A DNA stretch of 64,000 bases, taken from the NCBI GenBank assembly GCA_963668625.2, contig CAXXKA010000010.1, positions 384,001 through 448,000 of the forward strand, read 5' to 3'. The position numbers were made by a program, and so were the translations under genes. Within the stretch, counting starts at the first letter, position 1. Each line of letters begins with the position of its first letter. The stretch comes from an uncultured candidate division Zixibacteria bacterium (GTDB lineage: Bacteria; Zixibacteria; MSB-5A5; UBA10806; 4484-95). The notes beneath the pieces were generated by a model that did no database searches, was not told where the DNA came from, and worked only from the letters and a program-made list of their open reading frames with translations. Shown here piece after piece: positions 1 through 9,519 of this stretch.

Positions 1-802
1 CCAGCATTTCACCTATTACCGATGGCAAGGTATCATCATCATGGCCGTAAATATAATCACCGATTCTCTCGTTAAACGACCGTTCGAGCTTATCGATTTT
101 TTGTCTGGCGGTTTCGATATCTTTTCCCGAGCAGGTCAATCGAAGTGTCACGCCTTTGGCCGCCGGTAAAAACGCGATGGAGATACTGGATTTCTCATCG
201 ATGAGATCTTTGACTCTCTCGAAAATCTCCGACTCGATTATTCCGACCGTGTTCAAACGTCTGTGATGAATTACTTCATCTCCGATACGTTTTTTCAATA
301 ACGGCACTAGCTCCTCGGTTACCATTATTTTCATCTCTTTAGGTACACCAGGCATGGCCACGAACAGCTTACCGCGCTCATCGAAAACGATACCCAGCGC
401 CGAGCCGATTTTATTGTCGAGAAAACTCGCGCCCTGCGGTAATAACGCCTGATTTTGATTGATGGGCGGCATCTTAATACCGATTTTAGCGTATTTCCCC
501 TCCAACTCGGCCAATACGTCCTCGTGAAAAACCAACTGGCGTTTGTAATATTTGCAAATGACTTTCTTGGTGATATCATCATGGGTAGGCCCAAGACCGC
601 CTGTAGCGAGTACGACATCGGCGCGGTTTATAGCGGTCGAGATTGCGTTTATCATACGTTCGGGGTTGTCGGCAACGGTTGTATGATAGATCAGATCGAC
701 GCCTATCTCGGCTAATTTCTGTCCGATGAAAGCGGCATTAGTGTCAATAGTGTGACCATAAATCAGCTCATCACCTATGGTAATTAGCTCAGCTTTTATC
801 AT
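1..802 (-). CDS. cinA: Competence/damage-inducible protein CinA (runs off the window start)
   Basis: Not in the ORF track. Minus strand from ATG at 802 reads MIKAELITIGDELIYGHTIDTNAAF...TGGLGPTHDD...MPGVPKEM, typical of the CinA N-terminal domain. ATGA overlap with the pgpA stop. Confidence 0.9.
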   Translation of the reverse strand, partial: MIKAELITIGDELIYGHTIDTNAAFIGQKLAEIGVDLIYHTTVADNPERMINAISTAINRADVVLATGGLGPTHDDITKKVICKYYKRQLVFHEDVLAELEGKYAKIGIKMPPINQNQALLPQGASFLDNKIGSALGIVFDERGKLFVAMPGVPKEMKIMVTEELVPLLKKRIGDEVIHHRRLNTVGIIESEIFERVKDLIDEKSSISIAFLPAAKGVTLRLTCSGKDIETARQKIDKLERSFNERIGDYIYGHDDDTLPSVIGEML

Positions 803-1293
803 ATCCAACCTGCCCCTAGCTTTCTGAATAGTACGATTATCAATTGTAGTACGATAGCCGCGTAAACACCGGCGGCAATATCATCTGCGACTATACCATA
901 ACCGCCGTGGAATTTCTCCCATTTGCGCGCCGGTTGAGGTTTGACTATGTCAGCCGCCCGGAAAAGCATGAAACCGATCAGGTACGCCAAAATATTATGC
1001 GGCGCCATGAACAACGCTATCATCTGGCCGATTACCTCATCTATAACGATCGGGCTGCCATCATGGCCATAATAGGCAACGGCTTTATCGGCAAAATAAA
1101 CCGCAAACGGATAGAACGCCAGTATTGCCAGCATCTGGTAATACCATTGTTCGGGCCAGGCAAACCATAATATAACACATGTCAGAAGTGAGCCCCAGGT
1201 ACCGGGCGCGTATGGAAGTTTCCCCGTAAACAAGGCGGTGGCGAAAAGTTTGCGGAGTACATCAGTCGGTCTATTGGAATTATTTTCTGTCAA
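799..1293 (-). CDS. pgpA: Phosphatidylglycerophosphatase A
   Basis: APGTWGS, HDGSPIVIDEVIG, FRAADIVKP and GIVADD motifs; pgsA-pgpA-cinA order. Confidence 0.92.
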   Translation of the reverse strand: MTENNSNRPTDVLRKLFATALFTGKLPYAPGTWGSLLTCVILWFAWPEQWYYQMLAILAFYPFAVYFADKAVAYYGHDGSPIVIDEVIGQMIALFMAPHNILAYLIGFMLFRAADIVKPQPARKWEKFHGGYGIVADDIAAGVYAAIVLQLIIVLFRKLGAGWI

Positions 1294-1877
1294 CGAAGTA
1301 ATCCTTTCAGTAAACTGCCGGATTTCATCAGGTAGTCCAGCCCGGTTCCGACTGTCAAGATAACCGTAATCGATATCATAACATCAAAAACGGTCATTGT
1401 CACGGGGGATGTGAACATAGCCCAGTTATAACCTGCCGGAACCATCCATGTTTTCAGGTTGATAAACACCAGTATCATCGACAGCACGGTCATCTGCGAG
1501 GCGGTTTTCCACTGAGCCGCTCTCGAGGGTGTAATCATCATACCCTTATACGCGGCAATCGAGCGCAGGCCTATAATAAAAAATTCCCGCACGATAATAG
1601 TGGTCACCATCCAGGGTTGAGCGTAGCCGAGGTTGGCAAATGAGATAAAAGCCGTTGAAACGAGAATCTTATCGGCAATAGGATCCATGAACTTACCGAA
1701 ATTGGTGAGAGTGCCCATGCGACGCGCCAGATAGCCGTCGAATAAATCGGTCAGAGCGGCTATTATGAATACGATTGTTGCCAACAGGCGGCTGAGAGGC
1801 GCCTCGATTAGAAACAGCACCATGAATACGGGGGATAGGAAGATTCTAGAAAGTGTCAGTAAATTCGGTAAATTCAT
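1290..1877 (-). CDS. pgsA: CDP-diacylglycerol--glycerol-3-phosphate 3-phosphatidyltransferase
   Basis: MNLPNLLTLSR start; CDP-alcohol phosphotransferase motif DLFDGYLAR...GKFMDPIADK. Confidence 0.95.
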   Translation of the reverse strand: MNLPNLLTLSRIFLSPVFMVLFLIEAPLSRLLATIVFIIAALTDLFDGYLARRMGTLTNFGKFMDPIADKILVSTAFISFANLGYAQPWMVTTIIVREFFIIGLRSIAAYKGMMITPSRAAQWKTASQMTVLSMILVFINLKTWMVPAGYNWAMFTSPVTMTVFDVMISITVILTVGTGLDYLMKSGSLLKGLLR

Positions 1878-1949
1878 AAATTATCCAGTTTATCGTACTC
1901 CGGCTTCCAATTTATAGAATGGGGTGTAAGGTGTCAAACTGTTTAAGTT

Positions 1950-2861
1950 CTAGTGCGGCTTTTTACTTTCGCCCTCCGGCTCCACATGCACGGTAACATC
2001 CATAACGCGCTTATCATACTCGAGTATCATGTGCTTAACACCGGCGGCAATTTCATGGCCTTCACTAACGGTCATATCCGAGGCGACCTCGATATGCACC
2101 TCCATGTGGATAGAATTACCGACATAGCGCATTTTCAGCTTGTGCGGGTTCATGACTTTCGGATATTCTCGAATAAGCCCGTATATCTCTTCTATATATG
2201 TCGTAGGTGGCGCTGTATCTATAATACGTTTAAAGCCCTCGTGAAGTATTTCCCAGCCTACTTTTATGATCAGGGTGGCGACAACCAGGCTGGCGGCCGC
2301 ATCCAGAAACGCCAGGTCGGGAGATATTTGTACTGCTACCAGCCCGATCAATACGGCTATAGATGAAAGGGCATCCGATCTATGATGCCAGGCGTTGGCC
2401 AGCAAGGCTCGATTGCCGGATTTATCGGCTACGTTCTTCGTCCAGCGATAAAGAAGCTCTTTGGCCAGAATCGAAATCGCGGCGGCAACGATAGTTATCG
2501 GTTGAGGCAGTTTATAATCCTGAAGGAAAATGGCAGTGGCTGAATCGTAGGCCAGCTTTAAGGCGACACCTATCAGGATCAATCCCAGGATAAGCTCGGT
2601 CATGGTCTCGATTTTTTCATGCCCGTAATGGTGGTCTTTATCGGCGGGCAACGATCCGAAATGCAGGCCGAGGAACACCACCAGATCGGAGGCCAGATCG
2701 GACACCGAATGCACGGCATCGGCGATTAGTGCCCGGCTATCGCCCATATAGCCGAACGCGAATTTCAGGCCGGCCAGAAGGACATTAATGATAGCTCCGA
2801 CAATAGTAACCCGTTTACCGGAGGCTTTATCGATTTCGACTATTTGGGAATCGGATGACAT
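1950..2861 (-). CDS. Cation diffusion facilitator family transporter (FieF/MamM-like)
   Basis: SRALIADAVHSVSD, HHYGHEKIE, NAWHHRSD motifs and C-terminal VHVEP. Confidence 0.92.
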   Translation of the reverse strand: MSSDSQIVEIDKASGKRVTIVGAIINVLLAGLKFAFGYMGDSRALIADAVHSVSDLASDLVVFLGLHFGSLPADKDHHYGHEKIETMTELILGLILIGVALKLAYDSATAIFLQDYKLPQPITIVAAAISILAKELLYRWTKNVADKSGNRALLANAWHHRSDALSSIAVLIGLVAVQISPDLAFLDAAASLVVATLIIKVGWEILHEGFKRIIDTAPPTTYIEEIYGLIREYPKVMNPHKLKMRYVGNSIHMEVHIEVASDMTVSEGHEIAAGVKHMILEYDKRVMDVTVHVEPEGESKKPH

Positions 2862-2897
2862 CTCGTAATTAATACATTCTCGAATCGGTTAAACTGC

Positions 2898-4442
2898 TTA
2901 ATTCGCCCATGATGGTATAGCCGAACTATAGCCCCACACGGGCAACACTACGAAATATATATAACAGGCAACGATAAATGCTATCGATAAGTTCAATATA
3001 ACCCCGATTTTTGCCATATGGGAAATTTTAATCACGCCCGAGGAGAAAACTATGGCATTAGGCGGCGTAGCTACAGGCAGCATGAATGCCATCGAGGCGG
3101 AGATAGTAGCCGGTATCATTAGTAGCAGCGGATTGAGATTAAGCGCGATAGCCGTACCTTTCATTATCGGCAAAAGCGCGGCGGCCGTGGCCGTGTTCGA
3201 GGTCAGCTCGGTCATGAATGTCAGGATGAGGCAGATTATGAGTACGATTAAAAGCGGGTGAAATACCAGGTAGGGCTTCAACGCCTGCCCGATCTGAATG
3301 TCCAGCCCGGAAAGCGTGAATCCTCCGGCGATAGCGAATCCACCGCCGAATAGCAGGAGTATCCCCCAGGGCAGTTTGATAGCCGTATGCCAGTCCATTA
3401 AGAAAGTATGCTTATAGTCTTTTCCTGCCGGTATTATAAACATCACGATGCCCATAAACATGGCTACTGTAGCATCATGAATCAATTTCGGATTGGGGAG
3501 AATGTTGGACCAGCCCGGTATGGTGAAAAATCCCAATGAAATATTACTTCTGAATATCCACAACAATGCGGTGATAGTAAATATAACGAGCACTTTCTTT
3601 TCCGGCGCGCTCATCGGGCCGAGCTTCTTTAACTCGGCTTTAATTATCTTCCTGCCCGAACCCGTAGCGCTTTTCGTGGGAAATATCAATTTAGCTAATA
3701 TAAACCAGGCAAGCGGCAGAAGGATCAATACCAGTGGCAGGAAAACTGTAAGCCAATTAAAAAAGCTTATCGGCGGGGCATTCGTAAAGCTTTTTTCATA
3801 AACACCCAAAAACAGGATATTCGGCGGCGTGCCTATCGGGGTGGCGATTCCGCCCAGCGAAGCGCCATAAGCGATACCCAGCATGAGGGCGATACCGAAA
3901 TTCGTCTTCTTTTTTCGATTGCTTTCAAGCTCGGAGATTACAGCCATGCCGATCGGCAACATGATAAGCGCCGTGGCCGTGTTGGATATCCACATCGACA
4001 TGAAGGCCGTGCCACCCATGAAACCTAAGATTATTTTCGCCGGCGATGTCCCCAGCAGCAAGGTAATAAGCAGAGATATCCTGCGGTGAAGATTCCATCT
4101 CTCGATTGCCAGCGCGATAATGAAGCCGCCCATGAACAGGTAGATATTGTTGTCGGCGTAATATTTCACCGTTGTTTGCGAGCCTGCTATTCCGAGCAGC
4201 GGAAATAGCACGATCGGCAATAACGAGGTGACCGGTATCGGCAGGCATTGCGATATCCAGAAACAGGCCATCATGAGCACCACCCCGGCGGTTGCCGAGG
4301 CTTTATGAGGTATATCGAAACCGGGCAGATCGAACACGAATATTAGAAACAGGATGAGGCCGAGAATTAAACCGACAATCTTAGATCTGGAGAATATTTC
4401 ATTATTTGTGTTTTCCATAGCTGACATGTTGAATTTTATCAT
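2898..4442 (-). CDS. SLC13/DASS family sodium:dicarboxylate/sulfate symporter
   Basis: SMWISNTAT, TPIGTPPN, TELTSNTAT and AFMLPVATPPNAIVF motifs. True start may be a few codons downstream. Confidence 0.92.
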   Translation of the reverse strand: MIKFNMSAMENTNNEIFSRSKIVGLILGLILFLIFVFDLPGFDIPHKASATAGVVLMMACFWISQCLPIPVTSLLPIVLFPLLGIAGSQTTVKYYADNNIYLFMGGFIIALAIERWNLHRRISLLITLLLGTSPAKIILGFMGGTAFMSMWISNTATALIMLPIGMAVISELESNRKKKTNFGIALMLGIAYGASLGGIATPIGTPPNILFLGVYEKSFTNAPPISFFNWLTVFLPLVLILLPLAWFILAKLIFPTKSATGSGRKIIKAELKKLGPMSAPEKKVLVIFTITALLWIFRSNISLGFFTIPGWSNILPNPKLIHDATVAMFMGIVMFIIPAGKDYKHTFLMDWHTAIKLPWGILLLFGGGFAIAGGFTLSGLDIQIGQALKPYLVFHPLLIVLIICLILTFMTELTSNTATAAALLPIMKGTAIALNLNPLLLMIPATISASMAFMLPVATPPNAIVFSSGVIKISHMAKIGVILNLSIAFIVACYIYFVVLPVWGYSSAIPSWAN

Positions 4443-4559
4443 AATTCGGAAAATATGTAAAGATGTTTGGGTTTGACGTGTTTTGTTAAAAACGCCCTTG
4501 GAAATTCATATTATGATAGTATATTTACTTTAGCCGAACTTAACCGCGAGGTAGGTATT

Positions 4560-5615
4560 ATGAAAATAACACTACAGGCTACATTATTAATACTAATTAT
4601 TATCCTCGTAGTACCGCAAGCAGATGCTGATTCTTTAAGCGTGCTATTTATCGGCAACAGCCATACTTATTATAACGATATGCCTCAAATGTTTTCCCTG
4701 CTTTCCGAATCTGGCGGGCATACCGTGAATGTCGATCAAAGCACACCCGGCGGTTATACGCTCATGCAGCACACCACCAATCAAAACACGCTGGATAAAA
4801 TCTCGCAGGATGGATGGAATTATGTCATCCTGCAGGAGAACAGCCAGTACCCGGTGATCGAATACTTGCGCTATAACAGCATGTATCCGGCCTCGCGCTA
4901 TCTCGATTCACTGATTATCGAGAATGGCGGGCAAACAGCGTTTTTCCTTAGCTGGGGTTGGCGCTACGGAGGTCATTTCGAGATCGATGGTCATGAAAGC
5001 CCGGTGTTCGAGGATTATTTCGAGATGCAGGACACGTTGACCTCAGCCTATACCGAGATTGCTACCGAACTGGAGGCCGCGCTCGTTCCGGTGGGGATTG
5101 CCTGGTCAACAGCGGTTACCAGGGAGCCCGAGTTGGTACTGTGGAATACCGATAACTATCATCCGGCGCTAAACGGCTCTTACCTGACTGCATGTGTTTT
5201 CTATGGCTTATTCTTTAATGAGTCAGCGGTTGGTCTGACATATACTGCCGGATTAGATTCTACCGAGGCGTTGTTCCTTCAGCAAGCGGCTTTTGAATCG
5301 CTAACGGATATACCCGGGCAGGAAACTAGCCTGCCACAAACGAACGAGCTATTGTGCAACTATCCCAACCCGTTTAACAGCAGTACTATTATCGAGTACA
5401 TCCTTCCACGGGATAGTTATGTGAGTCTGAAAGTGTACGATTTGTTGGGCAGGGAGATAAACACGCTTGTCGATTGTGTTCAGTCGGCGGGGAAGCAGTT
5501 TGTTTATTGGCGGGGCCGCAATCAGGATGGCAATAGTGTGAGTTCGGGAGTGTATTTCTATCAGTTATCTTACGATAGTGAAAATGCCGTAAAAAAAATG
5601 ATATATCTCAAATAA
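4560..5615 (+). CDS. Secreted SGNH/GDSL-like hydrolase (DUF4886-like) with C-terminal YPNPFN sorting domain
   Basis: ATG 4560 follows GAGGTAGG; signal peptide; LFIGNSHT block I and DNYHP block V; C-terminal NYPNPFN...SSGVYFY. Confidence 0.8.
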   Translation: MKITLQATLLILIIILVVPQADADSLSVLFIGNSHTYYNDMPQMFSLLSESGGHTVNVDQSTPGGYTLMQHTTNQNTLDKISQDGWNYVILQENSQYPVIEYLRYNSMYPASRYLDSLIIENGGQTAFFLSWGWRYGGHFEIDGHESPVFEDYFEMQDTLTSAYTEIATELEAALVPVGIAWSTAVTREPELVLWNTDNYHPALNGSYLTACVFYGLFFNESAVGLTYTAGLDSTEALFLQQAAFESLTDIPGQETSLPQTNELLCNYPNPFNSSTIIEYILPRDSYVSLKVYDLLGREINTLVDCVQSAGKQFVYWRGRNQDGNSVSSGVYFYQLSYDSENAVKKMIYLK

Positions 5616-5623
5616 TCATTCCG

Positions 5624-6142
5624 ATGATAATTCCACCTTTAAAAGATGACTACCGCCTGGCCAACTGCTGCAATCCCGTTCCAGGTGATGATCTTATCGG
5701 CTTTTTAAAATACGATTCAACTGTCATGTCGGTTCATCGAGCGGACTGCCTTAACCTGGCCAAGGTGGAAATGAGCCGGTTGGTGAAGTTGACCTGGCAG
5801 GAGATCATTAAAGATAATTTCGAAAGGCCAATAGGCGATGAGCCGGATTATAACGTTCTTGATGATATCGATTTCAAGATATTGCATCACCACATGAAGA
5901 TGGGCCGTGATTACGCCGCCGTAGTAGCCCGTCTGACCGGAATAGAAAGAGCGACAGTTTTCGACCGCCACAAGAAACTACGCGATATGAACCTTCTAAC
6001 CAGGGTAAAAGCGCTTATGATGCGTTACCGTAAAGGTATAGTCGACAATAAGTGGGTTAAGCATCGCAATCACACTTATTACGAGTTGACATCCCGGGGA
6101 CTCGAATATATAGAATACTATCAGAAACAAAAGGATGTTTAA
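5624..6142 (+). CDS. RelA/SpoT-type zinc-finger (CC/ZFD) domain fused to a DUF2250-like winged-helix domain
   Basis: ANCCNPVPGDDLIGF...SVHRADC matches the RelA/SpoT ZFD pattern; C-terminal KHRNHTYYELT resembles DUF2250. Confidence 0.65.
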   Translation: MIIPPLKDDYRLANCCNPVPGDDLIGFLKYDSTVMSVHRADCLNLAKVEMSRLVKLTWQEIIKDNFERPIGDEPDYNVLDDIDFKILHHHMKMGRDYAAVVARLTGIERATVFDRHKKLRDMNLLTRVKALMMRYRKGIVDNKWVKHRNHTYYELTSRGLEYIEYYQKQKDV

Positions 6143-6584
6143 AATGATTTTCAGGATTGTTCTGATAGTAATACTTATCGTAGCGGCGGTTACCGTAGTT
6201 CAGAAATTTATACTAGGTTATTACCGCAGGCGGTTACTCTCGGTGGTTGAGGATAGATTCGCCGGCAGGAAAATTATATTGATGGCGTTGAATGCGAACT
6301 ATTTCGGGCATAAAACAGAAGGCGGTAAACAAATCCGCGGCAACGGGGCGCTGGTGTTAACCGAGGATGAACTCTGGTTCAGCCTGGCCGTGCCTCAGCG
6401 CGAATTATCGATACCGATAAATCAGATTACCGCAGTGGAGCTAACCCGGAGCCATCTGGGCAAAACAGTATTCAGATCGCTGTTAGCGGTAAGTTTTAAC
6501 CATCAGGGAAGACAGGAACAGATAGCCTGGGCCGTTAACGATCCCGAAAAATGGCGTGGAGCGATAGAAGGGCTGCGAAAATAA
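6135..6584 (+). CDS. Hypothetical membrane-anchored protein (possible PH-like fold)
   Basis: N-terminal transmembrane segment; GNGALVLT...LSIPINQITAV pattern; overlaps the upstream stop. Confidence 0.6.
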   Translation: MFKMIFRIVLIVILIVAAVTVVQKFILGYYRRRLLSVVEDRFAGRKIILMALNANYFGHKTEGGKQIRGNGALVLTEDELWFSLAVPQRELSIPINQITAVELTRSHLGKTVFRSLLAVSFNHQGRQEQIAWAVNDPEKWRGAIEGLRK

Positions 6585-6592
6585 CAACTTTA

Positions 6593-7357
6593 TTATATCG
6601 CCTCTTTGGATTCCTCCCACAGCGCATCCATTTCCTCGAGTGTGGAATCGACCGGCGAGCCTCCGTTCTCATACAGCTTGTTTTCTATATATTGAAATCG
6701 TTTTATGAACTTGTTATTGGTCGAATCGAGAGCCTCCTCGGCGCATACTCCCAGGTGACGGCTCAAATTCACCAGCGAGAACAGCAGATCTCCGATCTCA
6801 TCCTGCATCGCGTTCTCATCCCGATCGCTAAATGCGCGTTCGAACTCGGCGAGTTCTTCCTTGATTTTCTCCATAACCTGCTCGGGCTTGTCCCAGTCGA
6901 AACCGATTCGGCCGACTTTCTCCTGTATGCGGTAGGCTTTCAGGAGGGCAGGCAGGGTTTTGGGCACACCGGCCAGCATCGAGCGTTTCTCGTTGGCGCG
7001 CTTCTTGATCGCCTCCCAGCGGTCGAGAACCTCGGAGGGGGTCAGTTCCGTTTTATTCGTAAATACGTGCGGGTGACGTTCGATAAGCTTATCGGAGATC
7101 ATCCGGCAGACAACCTCGATATCGAACTCATCGTTCTCGTGGGCGATCTGGGCATGGAAGACTATTTGCAGCAATAGATCGCCTAACTCCTCGGCCAGCA
7201 CCTTCGGGTCATCGGTATCGATAGCCTCGACTACCTCGTATGTTTCCTCGATGAGGTATGGTTTTAACGATTTATGGTTTTGGGCTTGATCCCAGGGGCA
7301 GCCATCCTTGCCACGAAGGCTTGCCATTATTTCCAGCAGACGTTTAAATTGTTCCAT
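6593..7357 (-). CDS. mazG: Nucleoside triphosphate pyrophosphohydrolase MazG
   Basis: GCPWD, EETYEVVEAI, EELGDLLLQIVFHA, RHPHVF and a second EIGDLLFSLVN domain. Confidence 0.96.
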   Translation of the reverse strand: MEQFKRLLEIMASLRGKDGCPWDQAQNHKSLKPYLIEETYEVVEAIDTDDPKVLAEELGDLLLQIVFHAQIAHENDEFDIEVVCRMISDKLIERHPHVFTNKTELTPSEVLDRWEAIKKRANEKRSMLAGVPKTLPALLKAYRIQEKVGRIGFDWDKPEQVMEKIKEELAEFERAFSDRDENAMQDEIGDLLFSLVNLSRHLGVCAEEALDSTNNKFIKRFQYIENKLYENGGSPVDSTLEEMDALWEESKEAI

Positions 7358-7439
7358 GGCATCAAACTATCCGCCACCATATAGGAAGTCAAGGTTATTG
7401 TTTTGCTCCAGAATATATTCCAATTACATTTTTTGGGGA

Positions 7440-7468
7440 TTGACATTTAAGATGGCGATTATTATTAT
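7440..7468 (+). promoter_or_regulatory. Sigma70-type promoter of tRNA-Ser
   Basis: TTGACA (7440-7445), 17 bp, TATTAT (7463-7468), 6 bp before the tRNA. Confidence 0.6.
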
Positions 7469-7474
7469 CACTTC

Positions 7475-7563
7475 GGAGAGATGTCCGAGTTGGCCGAAGG
7501 AGCACGCCTGGAAAGTGTGTAGCCCTCAAAAGGGGCTCCAGGGTTCGAATCCCTGTCTCTCCG
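7475..7563 (+). tRNA. tRNA-Ser(GGA), CCA not encoded
   Basis: GGAGAGA/TCTCTCC acceptor stem; anticodon arm CACGC-CTGGAAA-GTGTG; long variable arm AGCCC...GGGCT; T-loop GTTCGAATC. Confidence 0.97.
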
Positions 7564-7611
7564 TTTCCTGTTTTTCAAACAACAAATGATGTTGGTTCTA
7601 CTATCGCCCTT

Positions 7612-8562
7612 ATGAATTACGATCCATTTGGAAATCAGACGAATATTACCGGTAGTCCAGGGACTTACAGCTATAATGGCAATGAGTTCGATGATGAATG
7701 GGATTTCGATTTGTATTATTATGGCGCTCGTTTCATGGATCCGGCGCTTGGTAGGTTTATCACACCTGATCCAGTGAATGATTTTATCAATCCTTACAGC
7801 TATGTCGGCAATAATCCTATGAATATGATTGATCCAACGGGGATGGCAATGATGCCAGCGATTGTGTATAGTGTGATACAGTCAGTTCCACCTTGGGAAG
7901 CAAATAGAGTAGATATAGTTGAATCTGTTAAGCAGCAATCTTTAAATGGGGCGCTTCAAGAGAGAGCAGATTATATTAGAGGATTAATGAACGATGCTGC
8001 TGCTGAAGCACGAAGTATGAAAAGTGTTGATCAAAGTGAATCTTTAAATAAAGATTGGGAAGACATAGCGGATGTATTAAATGAATGGGCAGATATGTCT
8101 GATGATGAAATATTGGCTTCAATTGTAGATATAGGGGGGATAAATTCAGCTATATATCCAAAATGGGATGATAAAGGTGACTTAAAATCGGCAAAATTAT
8201 TATTAAATGAAAATTCATTTTTTGGGGGAGGTAAAACAAGGACTGATTTAATAGGATTTCTAATTCATGAGGCTGCTAACTACGTTTTTATGAATAAACA
8301 TTCAAATTACATTGGATATGCAAAATCAGAGGGATGTAATCCTGATGATTTATATCAAGGTTACGTTGAGTTGGCTGAAATGAATGCATATAGCAAACAT
8401 CTTGATGTTATTAGCAAGCCTTCAAATATTAACAATATTACTAAGTTTAAACTTGAAGCAAAAACTTGGGGAGGTTATGAAGGTGGCCTTAATCTTCCAA
8501 AAGGTGCTGTTTTAGATCATATGGTAGATAAATATGTATTGCCTTATTGGTGGTTTTATTGA
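7612..8562 (+). CDS. Orphan RHS-core fragment with C-terminal putative toxin domain (zincin-like, HEAAN)
   Basis: YDPFG, LYYYGARFMDPALGRFITPDP and NPYSYVGNNPMNMIDPTG form the RHS core end with DPxG; N-terminus missing; C-terminal GFLIHEAANY. Confidence 0.8.
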   Translation: MNYDPFGNQTNITGSPGTYSYNGNEFDDEWDFDLYYYGARFMDPALGRFITPDPVNDFINPYSYVGNNPMNMIDPTGMAMMPAIVYSVIQSVPPWEANRVDIVESVKQQSLNGALQERADYIRGLMNDAAAEARSMKSVDQSESLNKDWEDIADVLNEWADMSDDEILASIVDIGGINSAIYPKWDDKGDLKSAKLLLNENSFFGGGKTRTDLIGFLIHEAANYVFMNKHSNYIGYAKSEGCNPDDLYQGYVELAEMNAYSKHLDVISKPSNINNITKFKLEAKTWGGYEGGLNLPKGAVLDHMVDKYVLPYWWFY

Positions 8563-8586
8563 TATTAATAATGGGAGGTTTAAGCC

Positions 8587-9357
8587 ATGTGTAGATTTAT
8601 GTTTACTTTATTTGTTATTATTTTAGGAACAGTAACTTCTTATGCTTCTATCCCGCGAATAGCACAAGAGCTTAGACTATTCGGCGCCTACGAAGACACC
8701 ATTCCTCATCAAGAATTGGATGAATATATCATTGCCAAAGTTTGTTCACTTAAAGCAATTGAAACAGTTGAAAAATTCCAGGTTAAGACTGGTGTTAGTG
8801 TTGTGTTTTCATTTGAGGAATTACCCGGATTAAAATTGTATCTCTTTTCGGGAGCGGTTTTTCTGCAGGATGATTATTACTGTGTACTATTTAACGCAAA
8901 TGATTCTACAGTCTATCCATTTGATACAGGGGGACCAAGGTTTTCGAGAGTAATTTCTAGTTATCTGCCAAAGATTATAGAAGAAAACAAAATATTAGAT
9001 TTGATCAACTTTTATATTAATACATTATCGGGAAATGTTCCATTTTACATTGTATCTGACGTGGAAGATTATGAAACTCTTTGGGAGGAAGAGTTTGAAT
9101 ATGCGGCAAAACTCTATCCTCCAGCAGTTGATAGTATTAAAAAAGCAGCTGAGGAAGATATTGATGAGGTCAAGAAACTTATACATGAAAGACTATTATA
9201 TGATAATGACGGTTATTATATTATTCGCGTGACGACCTGGGAAAAGGCACGTGGCAATTTAGAATCTTGGGAATTCAGGGTATCTGAAAGCGTATTTGAG
9301 GTGAAAAGCAGGGTGACATATTTCTTAGGAAAAGGGCCAAATCTTATGCAACATTAG
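8587..9357 (+). CDS. Secreted putative immunity protein (paralog 1 of 3)
   Basis: Directly after the toxin; signal peptide; shares LFN..DS..Y.F, TWE...G..E.W and GP motifs with the genes at 11740 and 13298. Confidence 0.6.
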   Translation: MCRFMFTLFVIILGTVTSYASIPRIAQELRLFGAYEDTIPHQELDEYIIAKVCSLKAIETVEKFQVKTGVSVVFSFEELPGLKLYLFSGAVFLQDDYYCVLFNANDSTVYPFDTGGPRFSRVISSYLPKIIEENKILDLINFYINTLSGNVPFYIVSDVEDYETLWEEEFEYAAKLYPPAVDSIKKAAEEDIDEVKKLIHERLLYDNDGYYIIRVTTWEKARGNLESWEFRVSESVFEVKSRVTYFLGKGPNLMQH

Positions 9358-9519
9358 AGATATTAAAAATTATTGATTGAAATGACCGAGGTTGGACAAA
9401 TGAGTTATTATTAATTTTAATATTGAAGATTTAAAAAATAAATTTATGTAATGTAAATTACTAGTTATTAGCAAAGGAAGATAGAAATTAAATGAAAATT
9501 ACTAATATTTATGTTTTAA

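Noticed and set aside
6551-7177. 208-aa plus-strand ORF, and similar overlapping ORFs across housekeeping genes
   Set aside because: Lies antisense to mazG or other well-supported genes and has no recognisable motifs.
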